DNA from: Camelus ferus
Taxonomy: Eukaryota
Length of the DNA stretch: 64,000 nucleotides
Assembly: GCF_009834535.1 (NCBI RefSeq)
Contig: NC_045697.1
Location: 74,650,001 to 74,714,000 of the forward strand
Reading direction: 5' to 3'
Shown: positions 43,061 to 57,094 of the stretch, in pieces
Layout of the letters: each line of letters begins with the position of its first letter
Numbering within the stretch: position 1 is the first letter of the stretch
Position numbers and translations under genes: made by a program
Notes under the pieces: generated by a model
Seen by the model: the letters and a program-made list of their open reading frames with translations, nothing else
Database searches by the model: none
What the model was told of the DNA's origin: nothing

Positions 43061-43961
43061 TACATTGCTGTATTAAATTTAGTAAAAATTCACTGTTGAA
43101 TTAAGTAGAGAAGGAAATACTAATCTAAGCCACTTAACCCCTAGCTCTCAAGAGAAAATGTCTACCATCAGGATTTAATGGCTACCGTAATTTTGTAATT
43201 ATAACTCTATTCATGAAGATCATCATTAGCTACCATCATTTTTTATACCTCATATTATTCTTTTTGTGTTTCTTTTTTATTTAGCTACAATACATTCATG
43301 AGAAAAATTTTCATAAGGGTAGGAGGAGTAGACATTTTAAACCATGGCATGTCTTAAATGTGTTATTCTTGTCTTTAAACTTAGAATTTCTCCGTGGCCT
43401 TCAAGTGTTCTTCATTAATTGTGAGAAGTCTAATATCAGTCTGATTCTAATTTTGTTGTAGATATCCTGTTATTCCTTTCTGGAAGCTTGCAGGGTTCTT
43501 TTTCACTTTATCCTTAGTCTTAACAAAATTTTAGCCTAGTATGTCTAGAGTGTGGGCATTTGAGAATTTGTGCTTGTAAGTAGCAGGTGTGCCCTTTTAA
43601 TCTGAAGACTCACATGTTCCATTAACACAAAAACATTAACAAGGAAAAGTTGATTTATTATGTCTTTGATTATTATCTCCTTCTACTGTATCTTTTAGTT
43701 GGAACTCTTAGGGGACAGATGAAAATTGGATTTATTCTCTATATCAACTTTCTTTTCATTTCCTATGAACACGGCCTTGGCTCTATTCTATTATTTAATT
43801 TCCAAGAATAGAGATAATTACAAAATTTCCTGTTCTGTTCTCTAGCTGTTCCTTTTCAATAGATCCTGTTCTTTGGTTATGAATACATTATTCTTTTGAG
43901 TCTCTCTAAAGACAATTATCAGAATTCTTTTAATTCAGGAAACAAAAAAGTATGTTATCTT

Positions 43962-44293
43962 TTAAAATTGAAGTATAGTTGATTTACAATGTTGTGTTAG
44001 TTTCAGGTGTACAGCAAAATGACTCAATTACATATAATTTAATATATGTATATTAAATATATAAACAATATTAAATATTACTATACCATATATTATATAT
44101 TAGTATACTATATAATATATAAAACTGTTATATATTAATAAATATAACAATTATGTTAGATTATATATTTAATATATTATTATACATGTAAAATATATAT
44201 TTATGTTATATATTACTATATAATATGTTATATGCTATTATAATAAATAATAATAAAAAGAAGTACACATGTATATGTACAATTGAAAAAATA
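43962..44293 (-). mobile_element. L1 3' end fragment plus AT-rich tract, flanked by an 11-bp direct repeat
   Basis: attgaagtatagttgatttacaatgttgtgttagtttcaggtgtacagcaaaatgactca, then about 250 bp of nearly pure A/T; TATGTTATCTT at 43951-43961 and 44294-44304. Confidence 0.75.
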
Positions 44294-47200
44294 TATGTTA
44301 TCTTCATTTCCTCTGGGGTAAGTTTTTTTTTTTCTCCTTTGGCTCTCTCAAACTGTTTTTTCCCTCAAGTGTCTGGTAGTTCCTGGCTGTCATATTTTAA
44401 TAAAGCAATAAGTGAATATTCTCCATGAAGTGTGTAAAAAAGAAACAATAAAAGTTACTATTTATAAAGAATGCTTATTTACAGTGATCTGTAAACTATT
44501 TCTCTTTATCAAATAGTTCCTTCCATATGAAAATGCCACAATAGCCAGTCTTGAGCAAATTAGAAATGTGTGAAACAAGTATAATTTATAAATAAAGTTT
44601 TCATTAATATCTGCAAAAGATAAACCAACTATGTAAAGGGAAAGATCTAAATTTTAAAATAACTACAATAGCACTGACATGTAAGTGTCCATGAAAGAAT
44701 TCAAATTCCTCCTCTCTTAAAAACTTAAGATTAACTAGCAAATAAAACATAAGCTCATTTGCTCATAAGTAAATCTCTCTTGTCTTCTCTCTGTATCTCT
44801 CTCTTTCTGTGTCTCTGTCTCTGTCTCTGTCTCTTTTTCACACACACACTCTTTTCACAAAATCTTTTAAAGCTGATGCTGTATTCAATTGTGACACTAG
44901 AGGACCTCAGTTGCACACTATTTCAATAAGCTGTCTCTCATGAAACTAAAACCAAACCTTTAAAATGACTTTTCCATAAATAAGTTCTCAAACAGATGAA
45001 AACAGAAGACTGCATCTTCTACTTTCTCTACTTGCTCTTGCTAATTGATTATAAGGTATAACTGGAAAATATTTGCACATCAAAAAACACATTCTTGCTA
45101 TTATTGAGCTAATGAGCATTTACACTGAAATAATTTTTTTAAATTCAAACATATAAAGCTGAAGCTCATGATATACCTTTTCTTAGCCATTACTTGACAC
45201 TATATGTGAATTACATTTAAGAAACTCAGTACTCTTCAGTTTAAATCAGACAATAAATCAGATTTGCTTTTCTGCCCTTTTGTGCTCTTAAGATTTAATT
45301 TTTTAATTTATTTTAAAATACAAGGTAGAAAGGAGAGAAAATATAATGTTATTTTCTATAATGAGAAGAAAAAAACAATCAGTATTTATGGAATTTTGTA
45401 TACTTGTTTGTTTTTAAAGCTATATTTAATACTGTCAAGAACTTAGATTATGAAATCTTTTTAAAAATTATTTTGAAGTAGCTAATGTAATTATGATGCA
45501 ACAAAAAGGGAAAAATCATATGCCCAACAATAGTATGTTACAGTTTAATTGAATATGGACTTGAGAAGGAGAGCTAGGATAAAGAGAATGGGATAAACAC
45601 AATTTAAAAAAAAAGTTGGAAGGGACCACAGGATTTTATTCTACACAATTTCCAAGTCAGAATCTTGTTAATAGAGAAATCCATCACTAACCTGGAAAAT
45701 ATAAATTAAACTCCAAGTCAGAAAACATTCTCTTTTGAAATTACTAATTACTACTGTTACTCCCATAGACTGGGAAGGTAGCATTTACTTTGTTACCATT
45801 GTGCCTGACACTCTGAAAAGCTTAATGAGCCTAAGAACTCTTGGTGATTATAAACACATAGACATGACCAAAGTAGCTTTCTAAAACAATACAACTAATA
45901 ATTTCTGATAAAGCAAGGTTTTGAGATACTTTCATTTATATTTAAACTCATCAATTAAGTGGCTATGAGCTGCTTGATACCTGCACGTTTTCAGGTCCCT
46001 GTATTGTTAGGCTTCATGGAAACCAAGAAGAATTGATCTCTAAAATCAAGAAGCCTACAATATAGTTGAAAATACAGATTCATAAACTGATAATTTTAAT
46101 AAGTTGAATTCAACAAAAATTTGATATAATTATAATTCAATAATTAAGTTAGAAGATGATAATTAATTACCCTTTTCCTCTGCTTTAAGAGGAAAAGAAA
46201 ACAGAATTTATTACATTGGGGAGAACAAAAATCATAAATCTTGGGAAAGCAGATGATTAAAAATTAAAAGAGAAGAAAAACATTACTACCATCACCACCA
46301 AAAACAAATGTTGACAATTTCTAGGCATGAGTCATCTTGTTTGTATTTGGATTTTGAACATGGCTTAATGAATTTCAAATCTATTAGGTTAGGATAATAC
46401 CAAGTATTTTTTGTTTATCCCTTTCCAGATGTATTTCAAAGAAAATTTACACTGTGTGCTTCTGATTCATTTATCTGTAGCAGTTTAGCTTAGTTGATTA
46501 AAACATACTGAGGCCAAGATCATGGCTTTAATATCTACAAGATTTCGTTAGCTTCACATGCTCCTTGCCACAGATTTCATCAAACTGCAGCCAATATCCT
46601 GAAATACAGATAGTTTGCCACAAGACATTGCTCAACCTCTGCTCACTCAAGTCATCTTGATTTTCAACTACAGTCTCCTATGCTTCTCTGTTTCCCACTC
46701 CTGAGGATCTGCTATCTAATCTCACTGAGAACTTGAGACTCCTGTTCTCTAAGCCTCTTCTGTTACCTCAAGCTGCCTCTTTTTTTTTTTTTTTTTTTTT
46801 TTGACATCTTTCTTTATTCTAGATCTATTTTATCACTTCAGTAATGTTTTTTTTCCAGGATCCTTAATGGCTTCTCTTCCAATGGCTCTACCCCTGGTAG
46901 GACCGCATGCCTCTATATTGACAGTACATAGCTGCAGGCTTATTAATCGCATGGTAATAATTTCTGTATAGGTTTGTCTCTCTCACTGTACCTTGAGGCT
47001 GTGGTACTTGAGTACCTTGAAGCTTATTCAACATGGAATCCCTATGCCTATCATAGTACCTATAAGATAGGTATTCAACAAATATGTATCAAATAATAGG
47101 TGTTCAGTAAGTGTACACAGTGATATCCATTCATGGTGCAAAAGGGTGCAGATAATAAGATTAAATTAATCAACATTAAGGAAATAATAGCTCAGAAATG

Positions 47201-47654
47201 TGTATTATACTAGCAATGGAGCAACAGTATTAACTTCATTTATAAGAGAGCATATAATCCTTCAGTTTATTGAAAAAAAAACTGCTTAGGTTAACACAAT
47301 GGCTATCCCCCCCGCCAAAGTCCTCACTTGATGAAAATACTCTTCTCTTTCTAGTCTTTTATTTACTGAAAGAAGAATGCACCACCGTATGGTGAGTAAT
47401 ATGATAATCTTATTAATATCTGACTAAAACTAAAACTTAGACTGAGTTGTTAAGACAGATTCCTAATATTTTTCTAGTGCAAAAAAACAAATAAACACTT
47501 GTTAGTATTTGGTATTTGAGTTGGGTTCATATTAAATCTGCATATTATCTAGGGGAAACAACACCTTTATGAATTCGAGTTCTTCTACACAAGAGAAAAG
47601 GATGTGTTTCTGTTTGCTCAAGTCCACTTAAGCATCTTTCAGGAGTTTTTATTA

Positions 47655-47830
47655 TTTTTAAAGTTTTATTGAGGTATAATTGATATACAAAAAACTGCAC
47701 ATATTTAACATAAAATTTGATGAGTTTGGACATATGCATACTCTCAGGAAACCACCACTATAATCAAGGTAACAGACATATCCATCACCTTCAAGTTTCC
47801 TTATGTCCTTTTTGTGTGTGTATGGTAAGA
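47655..47830 (-). mobile_element. L1MA/L1MB-type 3' end, antisense
   Basis: ttttattgaggtataattgatatacaaaaaactgcacatatttaa...gatgagtttggacatatgcatac. Confidence 0.85.
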
Positions 47831-47929
47831 ATAATAAATATACAAAAATACATAAGAAAACACTGGAAAAAAGTCAACAAAGGGGACTAATTCTGTCAGA
47901 TTTAAGACATACCAAAAGATTCTCTTTTA

Positions 47930-48545
47930 CAACCCAAATGTTCATCAATGGATGAAGAAAGAAAATGAGGGGTATATGTGTGTGTGTGTATGTGTGTATA
48001 TTACTCAGAATACTATTTAGCCTTAAGAAACCAAAGAAAGTCCTGCCATTTGTGACAACATAGATGAACCTGTTGGTCATTATGCTAAGTGAAATAAACC
48101 AGACACAGAAGGACAAACACTGTATGATTCCATTCATATGAGGTATTTAAAACAGTCAAACTTATAGAAGCAGAGAACAGAACTGTAGTTACCAGGGGCT
48201 GGGGAGAGAAGAAAATCGGAGTTGTTCAACTGGTATAAAGTTTCAGTTATGCAAGATGATTAAGTTCTAGAGATCTGCTGAACAACATTGTGCCTATGGT
48301 TAACAATACTGTATTGCATAATTTAAAAATTGTTAAGAGGGGTAGATCTCATGTTAAGTGTTTTTATCACACACAAAAATAAAAAGGATTCAAGGAAACT
48401 TTTGGAGATGATGGATATGCCTATTCCCTTGATTGTGGTGATGGTTTCATGGGTACATGCAATGTCTAAACTTACTAAATGCATACGTTAAATATTTGCA
48501 GTTTTCTTGTATATCAATTATACCCCAATAAAAATGTTGAAAAAC
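47930..48545 (+). mobile_element. L1MA9-like 3' region
   Basis: aacccaaatgttcatcaatggatgaa ... gccatttgtgacaacatagatgaacct ... gtatatcaattataccccaataaaa. Confidence 0.88.
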
Positions 48546-51500
48546 AAATTAAAATGAGGAGAAATTCCTATCAGCCTCAAACCACCAGTTCTTTTCAATA
48601 TTTGCAAAGTTTCCAAGAAGAGATGTTATTCAGATTGCAAGAAATAGAGTCTCAAGAAAGAGAATAAAAGGTCAGGGTTGCTGAGATAGATTTGGAAGTA
48701 ATTCATATATAGGTGGTAACTAAAACCACACATGTTATTTCCTCAGATCCATAATCCATGATATTTCTAAGGGCCCTTCCACAAGCCAAAATATCCTTAT
48801 AGTCAGCAAGCCAAAGGAGGAAACACATTTCTGGATTCTATGAGTTCAAGATGTTCTTCCACCTTATAAAACCTGATCACTCCCACAGAAATTTTCCTTT
48901 TGGTCTAAAACTCTCTTTACTTGGTATCAGCCTGAGGTAAAATGTTAAGAACAAGGAAACACAGATAAAATACAGCTAGCTACTGTGTGATTTAAGAAAT
49001 GGAGTGGGAAAATAAAATACTAATGATTAACATTCAGATAACAAAACAACTGTACAACTCTGTGTTATCTTTAACCTAACTCTACTTCTGTAACTTCAAG
49101 ACAAAAGAGTTCAACTAATACAGAACTTTTAATGATTCACTGGTTTATAAATACAGAATTTGGAGGGGAGTATTTTCAGTGGGAGTTAATGTCCTTAAGG
49201 TTCTTTGCCTTTTGATACTTTGTTAAAAATATCACAATATTTAATATCAGAGAAATTTTTTCTAAAGGAAAAAGAAAACAGGAAAGCTTTTGGAATTGAA
49301 AAAGGAAATAACTCATTTCATTACTGGCACACGTGTTTTAGCCTAAAAGGATATCTATCTATACTAAATTTAAGAATTAATTTGCCTCAGATTCAGATGT
49401 TTTGAAAAGGAAGTCACAATGATTAACTGCTTACTTAAAGATTATTTTGTGATAGGTCTAAAAGAAAAAATCAGTCCATCTGTCCATAAGTTGTTCATAA
49501 GTTGTGAGACTAGACATATTTCACAATTCAACTCTCACTCCAAAAAAAACCAAAGTTGAAAGCTCTAAATTTGGAATGTGATTAATTCTCAATGGGATAC
49601 AATAAATTGGGAAATTAACTTTCCAACTTGAATACTATATAACTTTCCTTTCTCAGCAGAAAATTAATTTGATAAGATCAAAATACATATGGAAAGCATA
49701 GTCTAGTGGTTTGAGGTTCAGATGTAAAGCCAGGAGACTCTGTCACTGATTTGCTATGCTTGGAGAATGTTCCAATTTCACTCTGCCTCAGTTTGCAAAT
49801 TTATAAAGTGGGAAATATAACACCAAACAGGGCTATATGTAGACCAATGAGCCATTATTGGCCCTACATAGAATGCTGACCATCTTAAAAGCAAAACAAA
49901 ACAAAGAGTCTAAGTCTTCCTCAAAAACAAAAAAAAACAAACAAACAAAAAAACCAGAAAAACCAAAAAAACCCCAGGGTCTTTATAAGAAACTACATAG
50001 TACCATTTTGTCACTATTACATATGCACATATTTCTATAAAATATTAACAAAGACTAAACTAGACTCTCCAATTATTTTCATGACACAATGAAATCAGAA
50101 GAATGATTTTCTTTTTTCTCTGTGAGAATAAAACCACCATTTGTTAAGCAGGATTGAAAAATCTCAGAGTGAGTTGGGTACATTTCTGAGCCATCAAGGT
50201 TTTCTTCTCCCAAGAAGCTTTACTATCCTTGCATGCAAACTCCACAAATATTTCTTACACCAGAGTTACTGATACTGGCAGTGCAAACACACTGGGTAAT
50301 AAGTTCCACTTCCCATGACCTGGCAGCATTTTGGATGACATAAAGCTGTTACTTTTCTCTAAGATAGATAGAACTGATGATGGTTCATATTTGGTTGGAT
50401 CTGTACCCTAGTTCATTCCAGAGTTTTTTTTTTAATTAAACTTAAATTTCTTTACACATTACTGTGTGAACAAATACTGAACATATTTCTGCTACTATTC
50501 AGGATTTTTATTTGAGACTAATTCACATTGTTTGTGTGGACCAACAGTTTACATTTTTAAGGCAATCTTTCACCTTAAACACAAACCATCATGACAGTGA
50601 ATAGGAGATGGCCTGCCTTTTATGCACTTGTGCAGTAAAATGTCTGCATGATAGCATACTACAAACAAAAGTTTGTCAAAATGAAATGTTCAGTTCAATG
50701 CTGTGTTGGTCTGTCTTAAGCAAATTAGAAGAAATATGATTGATGAAAATTTCCTATTCTATTTAATAGAAGTTGAGGTGATACAGTAATCCTATTTTGA
50801 TTAAAGAATCCAAAAATAATCAAAATTTATTCTTAATTATTTTATTGGCCTTGTAAAATTCCTATGAGACATCATAGAGAAAGCAGAACAAGACGACATA
50901 ACACTTTAATAGCCAGGGCTTTGTCCTCAAACCTAATGTAGAATCTAGGGAGCATTGCTTATCCACATAGCTCCTGCTTCCTTAGCCAGGTCACCTGAAT
51001 GAGTCAGCTCTATTTCTCTTAACCTTCAGCTAGAATCACAGTATCATAATACAATGATGCAAGGGAGATCACATTCATTTCAGTATGCTTTAGAAGAGAG
51101 AGTAAGAAAAAGCCTTTACTCATAAGAGGAGATCATCATGGATTATGAATGTAATAAACAATTACAATATAGCATTTTTGAATATTTACAAGAGGTGTAT
51201 GATGTAAACTACATCATCGTGCTCCTATAAGAAAGAAAGTATTTGAAATATATGGCTGAGAAGGCCAAGATAGAATAAGAAATCATGAACCCCATGTATA
51301 TTCTTTTGTTGTATATGCAGTTTTCATTTCTCCACTCTATCTTATAAGAGAACCCATTTTGCCATGAGTATACCAACAGATTTTTGTCATAATGAAACCA
51401 GTTTTGCTTGCTTCTTTGGCTGTCAAAGAGAAAGGATTCGGTTCTCTGGTTTCCAGCTTTATAAAAATGCCAGATAATAAAGAAATCCCCACAGAGCCAT

Positions 51501-52439
51501 TAAGATAGTCTGATAATTAGTGGATAGGACTCACTGCACTCAGAAATTTAAAGCAGCTCATTCTCTCAAAAGACTGTGCTTTTTGAACAGCACCTGTCAC
51601 AAAGGCAGATACTGGAGTACTGTTGCTCTAAGAAATGCCACTGTGAGATGAGGCCTTTTAGAGACACAGTTCACTTCTTGTGCTATACTGTGGTCATGGT
51701 TCCTGACTTTAGTAGACACTTATTCTGTAAACCTTAGATCATTCACTAACTAGGCCTAATAACTTTAAAGTTACATATGAAAAGCACATAGCAAAGTAAC
51801 TAGAATATGATATGTGTTTAATACATAGTGTCTCTTCCTTTTTCTATTCCTTCTGTTTATTAATATGATTAAATGTTTTAAATTTTAAAGTTCCCCACTT
51901 AAATAATGTCCCAAAGCTCTTAAAAGTGCTGTTAATGTTAACTTATTTAACTCCATATACATACATATCATTTCCTCAGTATATACCAAATGTATAGTAT
52001 ATCCTATTTAAAAATGTACAGAGAGCTCATTTAGATAAAAAGCTTCTGAAAATTTCTGCCCATTAATTATTGACATATTTTTAACACTTATATTTAAAAG
52101 ACAAAAGGAAAAGTTATAACTAAACGCTACTGACTATTGTCTTAATTAGTGTCTGTTAAAGTCAGTTTCTGTTAATAAATTTTTGATAGATGTTTTGACA
52201 TGTTACCTGCTTTTGACACCATAGACAATAATTACTTATGTGCCAAACTAAACAAAAATATTATCTCACAGTTTTTAACATTCCTCAAAAAGTCTTTAGG
52301 GAAATACTATCATAAGATTAAGAATAAGCAAAAATAGCCTGCTCTGTCAGGGCAAAAATCTGTTTTGAGAGAAAAAGACAAAAAGCCAAGGATAGTGCCC
52401 CCATTCTTAGCCTGAATAGCATTTTGGTGAACTAGTTGC

Positions 52440-52900
52440 ATGACTGCTGACATTATAGAGAGAGGTCCTTTTACACACTGATGATATAACTCTCCATCTA
52501 GAAACAGCTTCAAGAAATTTTGGCCAATTATTGTTTGAAAGAACTCTTAACCTTTAATTATGCCAAAAACTGAAATCGTTTTGGAGAGTATAGTGACATC
52601 CAGATGAATAATTTTAAAGAACACCTTTCGACAAGTTAACTCTTTTAGGTATCTGGGGGATAGTTTTGCAATTTTGACCAGTTCACCCTTGCAGATTTGC
52701 TCAAAGTTTAAAATTTTATGGGGGATATATTTGGCTTATTGTATGATAGAGAAGGACATTTGACAACTTCCACTCTCAGTTTTGTTTTCAAACAAAGATA
52801 ATTTCTCCCATGTTTTATTTTGCTGTAGACTGGAGCTCAAATCAAGTACATGTTCAAGCAATTGATCAGATCCAATCTTGCTCTCTTAAAAAAGTTCCTA
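52440..52900 (+). mobile_element. Ancient non-LTR retrotransposon RT fossil (RTE-X/L4-like)
   Basis: Across frameshifts reads LLHTDDITL (YADD-like, from 52468), LANYCLKELLTFNYAK/TEIV (from 52520), R*IILKNTFRQVNSFRYLG (to 52658), in correct RT motif order and spacing. Confidence 0.65.
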
Positions 52901-53609
52901 CCCTGCTAGGAATCATGGCTGCAACCCACATCCATGCAAAGACAGGATCACCTTCCATTCAGTTAAAAATCTCTGTCTTTGGATAAAACATTAAAGAAGT
53001 ATTTACTATCCTCAAAAACATTGGCTATCTTGGTTTTCCAACTATCTCATCTCAGACGACCACTAGACAGAAATTGCCAAGTCACCTTTGCTGCGCACAA
53101 GAACCCAATTTGGTGATTTCTGATAACCTGTCTACCTAAAACAGTTTCATGTCTAAGTTCTAGGGACTAGGAGCTGGCGAATCTGCTCTACGCCTTAATG
53201 CCATTTGAAGACTATATTAAATAATCACTTTCTACCTCACTGGATCACTTGATCTTCCAAGAGGAAGATTTACTCTAATACACTTAAGAAAAAAGTTAGA
53301 TGCTAAGCAGTTTAGGTGATTTACTGCTAAGAGAGCAACATATTCTAACACCTTATGGGTGATATTTTTATACTGGCCTTGTTTCCTGTGACTTTACTGA
53401 ATTCACATATTAACTTAAAGAGTCCTTTTTTAGATTCCTTAAAATTTTCTACATAAACAACTATACCGTCATTGAATAGAAATAATTTCCACCTCTTCCT
53501 CCTCCTCCTCTTCCTTCCTCCCCTTTGTATTCTTCCTTCTCTTCTTCCTCCTCTTTCTTATCTTTACTCCTTAGATTTATTTTTCTTGACCTATTTCATT
53601 TCATTTTAT

Positions 53610-55620
53610 TTTAACACTAGATGCCTACATTGCTTGCATTTTTACCTACTAGCCAACAAACAACTGGAAAATAAAACAATTTTATCTATAATCACATCAA
53701 AGCATAAGATACTTAGGAATAAAGACAGCAAAAGAGCAAGAACATGACATTGTAAACTACAAAATATTGCTGAAAGAAATTAAAGAACACTTAAAATTTG
53801 GAAAGAAGCAACATATTCATTTATTGGAAGACTCAATATTAAGCTGTTAGTTGTTCCCAGATTGGTCTGTAGATGTAATGCAATCCCAATCAGAATATCA
53901 AAAGACATTTTTAGAGACTGAAAAGCTTATTATAAAGTTTATGTGGAAATGCAAACAACCAAGGATAGCTAAAGCAATCTTGAAACAAAAGAACAAAGTT
54001 GGGAAATTTATATTTCCTGACTTTAAGCTAGAGTAATTAAGACAGTGTGGTCCTGGCATAAGGACAGAAATATAGATAAATGAAACAAAATAGAAGGCCA
54101 GAAACAAACCCACACTCACATGACCTTTTAATTTTCAATGAAACACTAAAGCAATCCAATGGCAAAAGAAAAATCTTTTAAACAAGTAGAGCTGGAACTA
54201 TTGGCAAAAGCTGAACTTGAACACCATATACAAATACTACATTGAGAAAGATCAAAGATCCACCATAAAATCTAAAACTATAATGCTTCTAGAGGAAAAC
54301 ATGAGAATATCTTCATGACTGGGAAGGAGGCAAAGGTTTCTCAAAAAGCAATAACCATATTAAGGACACACTCATACATATATAAGTCATCAATTCTACT
54401 GCTACATACATACCGAGGGATATGAAAACATTTGCCTACAAAATAGACATACAAGAACATTCACAGCAACTTGTTATAATAGTCAACCTGGAAATATACC
54501 AGGAGTTCATGAACAGACAATTGCTAAACAAACCATGGCATATTCATAAAATGTAATACACCTCAATAGTAAAAAGGAATGAGTTAGAATACATGAAACC
54601 ACATAGATTACTCTCAGAAACATTAGGGTGAGTGAAAGAATAATTACACAAAATGGTACATACTGTACAATTCTAATTATATACAGTGTTAGAATAAGCA
54701 AAACTAATCTAAGGTGAAAAAATTAGAAGAGTGGTTGCCTCTGGGAGTTGGGAGTGGGATGAACAGCAAAGGTCCACTGGGAAAGTTTATAGGATGACGT
54801 AGTGATCTAATCCTGATGTATTTTGGGGAGATGTATACATTTTTCAAAATCCATCAAATGATATACAAGTTTTTGTACTCCACTGAATATAAATTTACCT
54901 AAAAAAGAAATCATAAACACGTACTGAATTATACTTAATGATATACCTGCTGAAAGATTTATGGATAAAGTACACTCATACGTGTAACTGACTCTGATAC
55001 ACATTAAAATAGGATGAGTTAATGAGCAGACAGTGGAATACGTGATAGATATGTGATGTGATATGACAGATGTGTGGTAAAATAAAAGTTGGCAAAATGT
55101 TAATTGTAGAATACAGATATATTGTATAGTTCTTTCAACTTTGCTATGTTTAAAATTTTTTATAATAAAATACTAGCCAGGAAAAAAATTAAGGTGATAT
55201 AAAGACATTTTCAGATGGCCAAAATCTGTAAGAATTTGTTAGCATCAGAATTGCAGTAAAAAATTTTTAAAGGAAGTTTTTGAGGCTGAAAGAAAATGAT
55301 GCCAGATCAGAACCTAGATCAAAACAAAAGGTTCAGTAAACAGTAAATGCATAATTAAATACAAGAACTTTTTCCTTGTTTCTCAAGGTCTTTAAAGAAA
55401 TTGTTTAAAACAATCATAAAAAAACCAATGTATGTTCAGATTTATAATATACATAAAAGTAAACATAAATTGTTAAATGTACGACAACAATACCCAAAGG
55501 ATGGGAGGACAATGAATAGAAGTATATTCTTATGAGATTCCTACATTATATATGAATCAGCATATTAATTCATGGAAGGCTGTGATACATTAAGGATGCA
55601 TATTGTAATCACTACCATAA
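53610..55620 (+). mobile_element. Old L1 (L1MC/MD/ME) ORF2 and 3' fragments
   Basis: ORF 53851..54036 ([35 protein letters not shown]) is L1 ORF2; typical L1M 3' UTR text follows. Confidence 0.85.
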
Positions 55621-55625
55621 TCATT

Positions 55626-55660
55626 TTCAATTCAACTCAAATTCAATTCAATTCAAATCA
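55626..55660. repeat. Imperfect (TTCAA)n pentanucleotide repeat
   Basis: ttcaattcaactcaaattcaattcaattcaaatca. Confidence 0.75.
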
Positions 55661-56169
55661 TAATCAATTTTAAAAATGGTACCACAGAATAAAATTTAAA
55701 GTGTTCCCTTAAAGTTAGTGCAACTCTTAAATACAAATCTCCTGAGTTCATTTACTAAAGTTTCCTCACTCACTGAAAGAATTAATTTGTATTTAATAGG
55801 AGGCAAAACAATATGTCAATGAAAAAATGCTATGACAGTTGACCATTCAGGCTATACACACAGATTATTTTTTTTAAATAGAAAGTTTTCATAGGCAAAA
55901 ATAATTTCCAACACACATGATCTATCATTCCTATCACCCTGCTATTTAAACAAAAAACAGTCTTTCAAAAGTATATAATTCCTACCTCACTAGTAAAATT
56001 AGAAAACACAGGTATTTCACCTTTTCTTTTGAATGTGTTAAAATAAGTAAATGATTCTTAAAAATTAAAAGCCCAGTATTTTTCATTCCTTTTCCCAATG
56101 ATTCTATCCATTTAGACCAGACAAAGCATAGATTATCTTCCTCCACCAATAACTTACCCTTTTAGATTA

Positions 56170-56495
56170 GATAATCGCCAACTGCCGCATGGCCAGATTT
56201 AACCCTTTACTTTGTTTTGTTTGGATCATGGTGTTTTAAAACTTTTCAATTACTTGAAAATGATTAGAAATTCAGAGATTTCACATAAGAACCCAGATTC
56301 TGAGTTCTTTTGAAAATGTGAAAGAGATGGTAACACCAGGACACATTCTCACTGGGCAACAACTAGGGCTGGAGCTGAGCATCGGTTGCCTCTTTTCAAT
56401 GTGTCATCTGTTTTCCTATTTAACCCAGTTTCAGTTCAGTGAACTTCATTCACTTAAATTATGTGCCTTAACGCAAGTGAGTTTATAATCTCTGT
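56170..56495 (+). mobile_element. MER102-like hAT-Charlie element
   Basis: gatttcacataagaacccagattctgagttcttttgaaaa...ggcaacaactagggctggagctgagc resembles the recalled MER102 consensus. Confidence 0.6.
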
Positions 56496-57094
56496 TACAT
56501 ATATTCCCCATTTCAAATCCAGTTTCCCCTTCTTCTAACTCTACCCATTACTCATGTGCTCATGTCTTGTGCTCTCTCTCTCTCTCTCAGAATAATGTGC
56601 ATCTAACTTCCCTAAAAACTTCAATTCAGGATGCATTTGACTAAAAAAAGTGCATCTCTAATGGAAAATAACAGAGAGGTCAGCATTCTACATCAACTTG
56701 TTTACACGGTCTCTGACCATCCTTTCTGTACATAGACACTGAAGTAGCTCCCTCTCCCCAATAAGAATTTTATTTTAATAAACAAAGCGTTTACTTTACT
56801 CATGACTATAATTGTGGAAAATAGCATATAATAAGTTTGAATTTAAACTTTATTAAAGTTTGACTTTTTCTAAAGATAACTGGCAATTTGAGTGACTCAG
56901 AAAAATTTCTCTCATTAATAGTTAAACATACTTATAATTGTTGAAAGGATTAACATTGCTTAATAAAATCATTTCTTTTTTTAGAAATTGAGGTATAATT
57001 AATAATATGAAATTTAGCTATGTGAGCAGGAAAAACTTTGGTACTTAACTGCATAAGTCACCTGGGTATACATTCAATCACTAGCCTAGGTACT

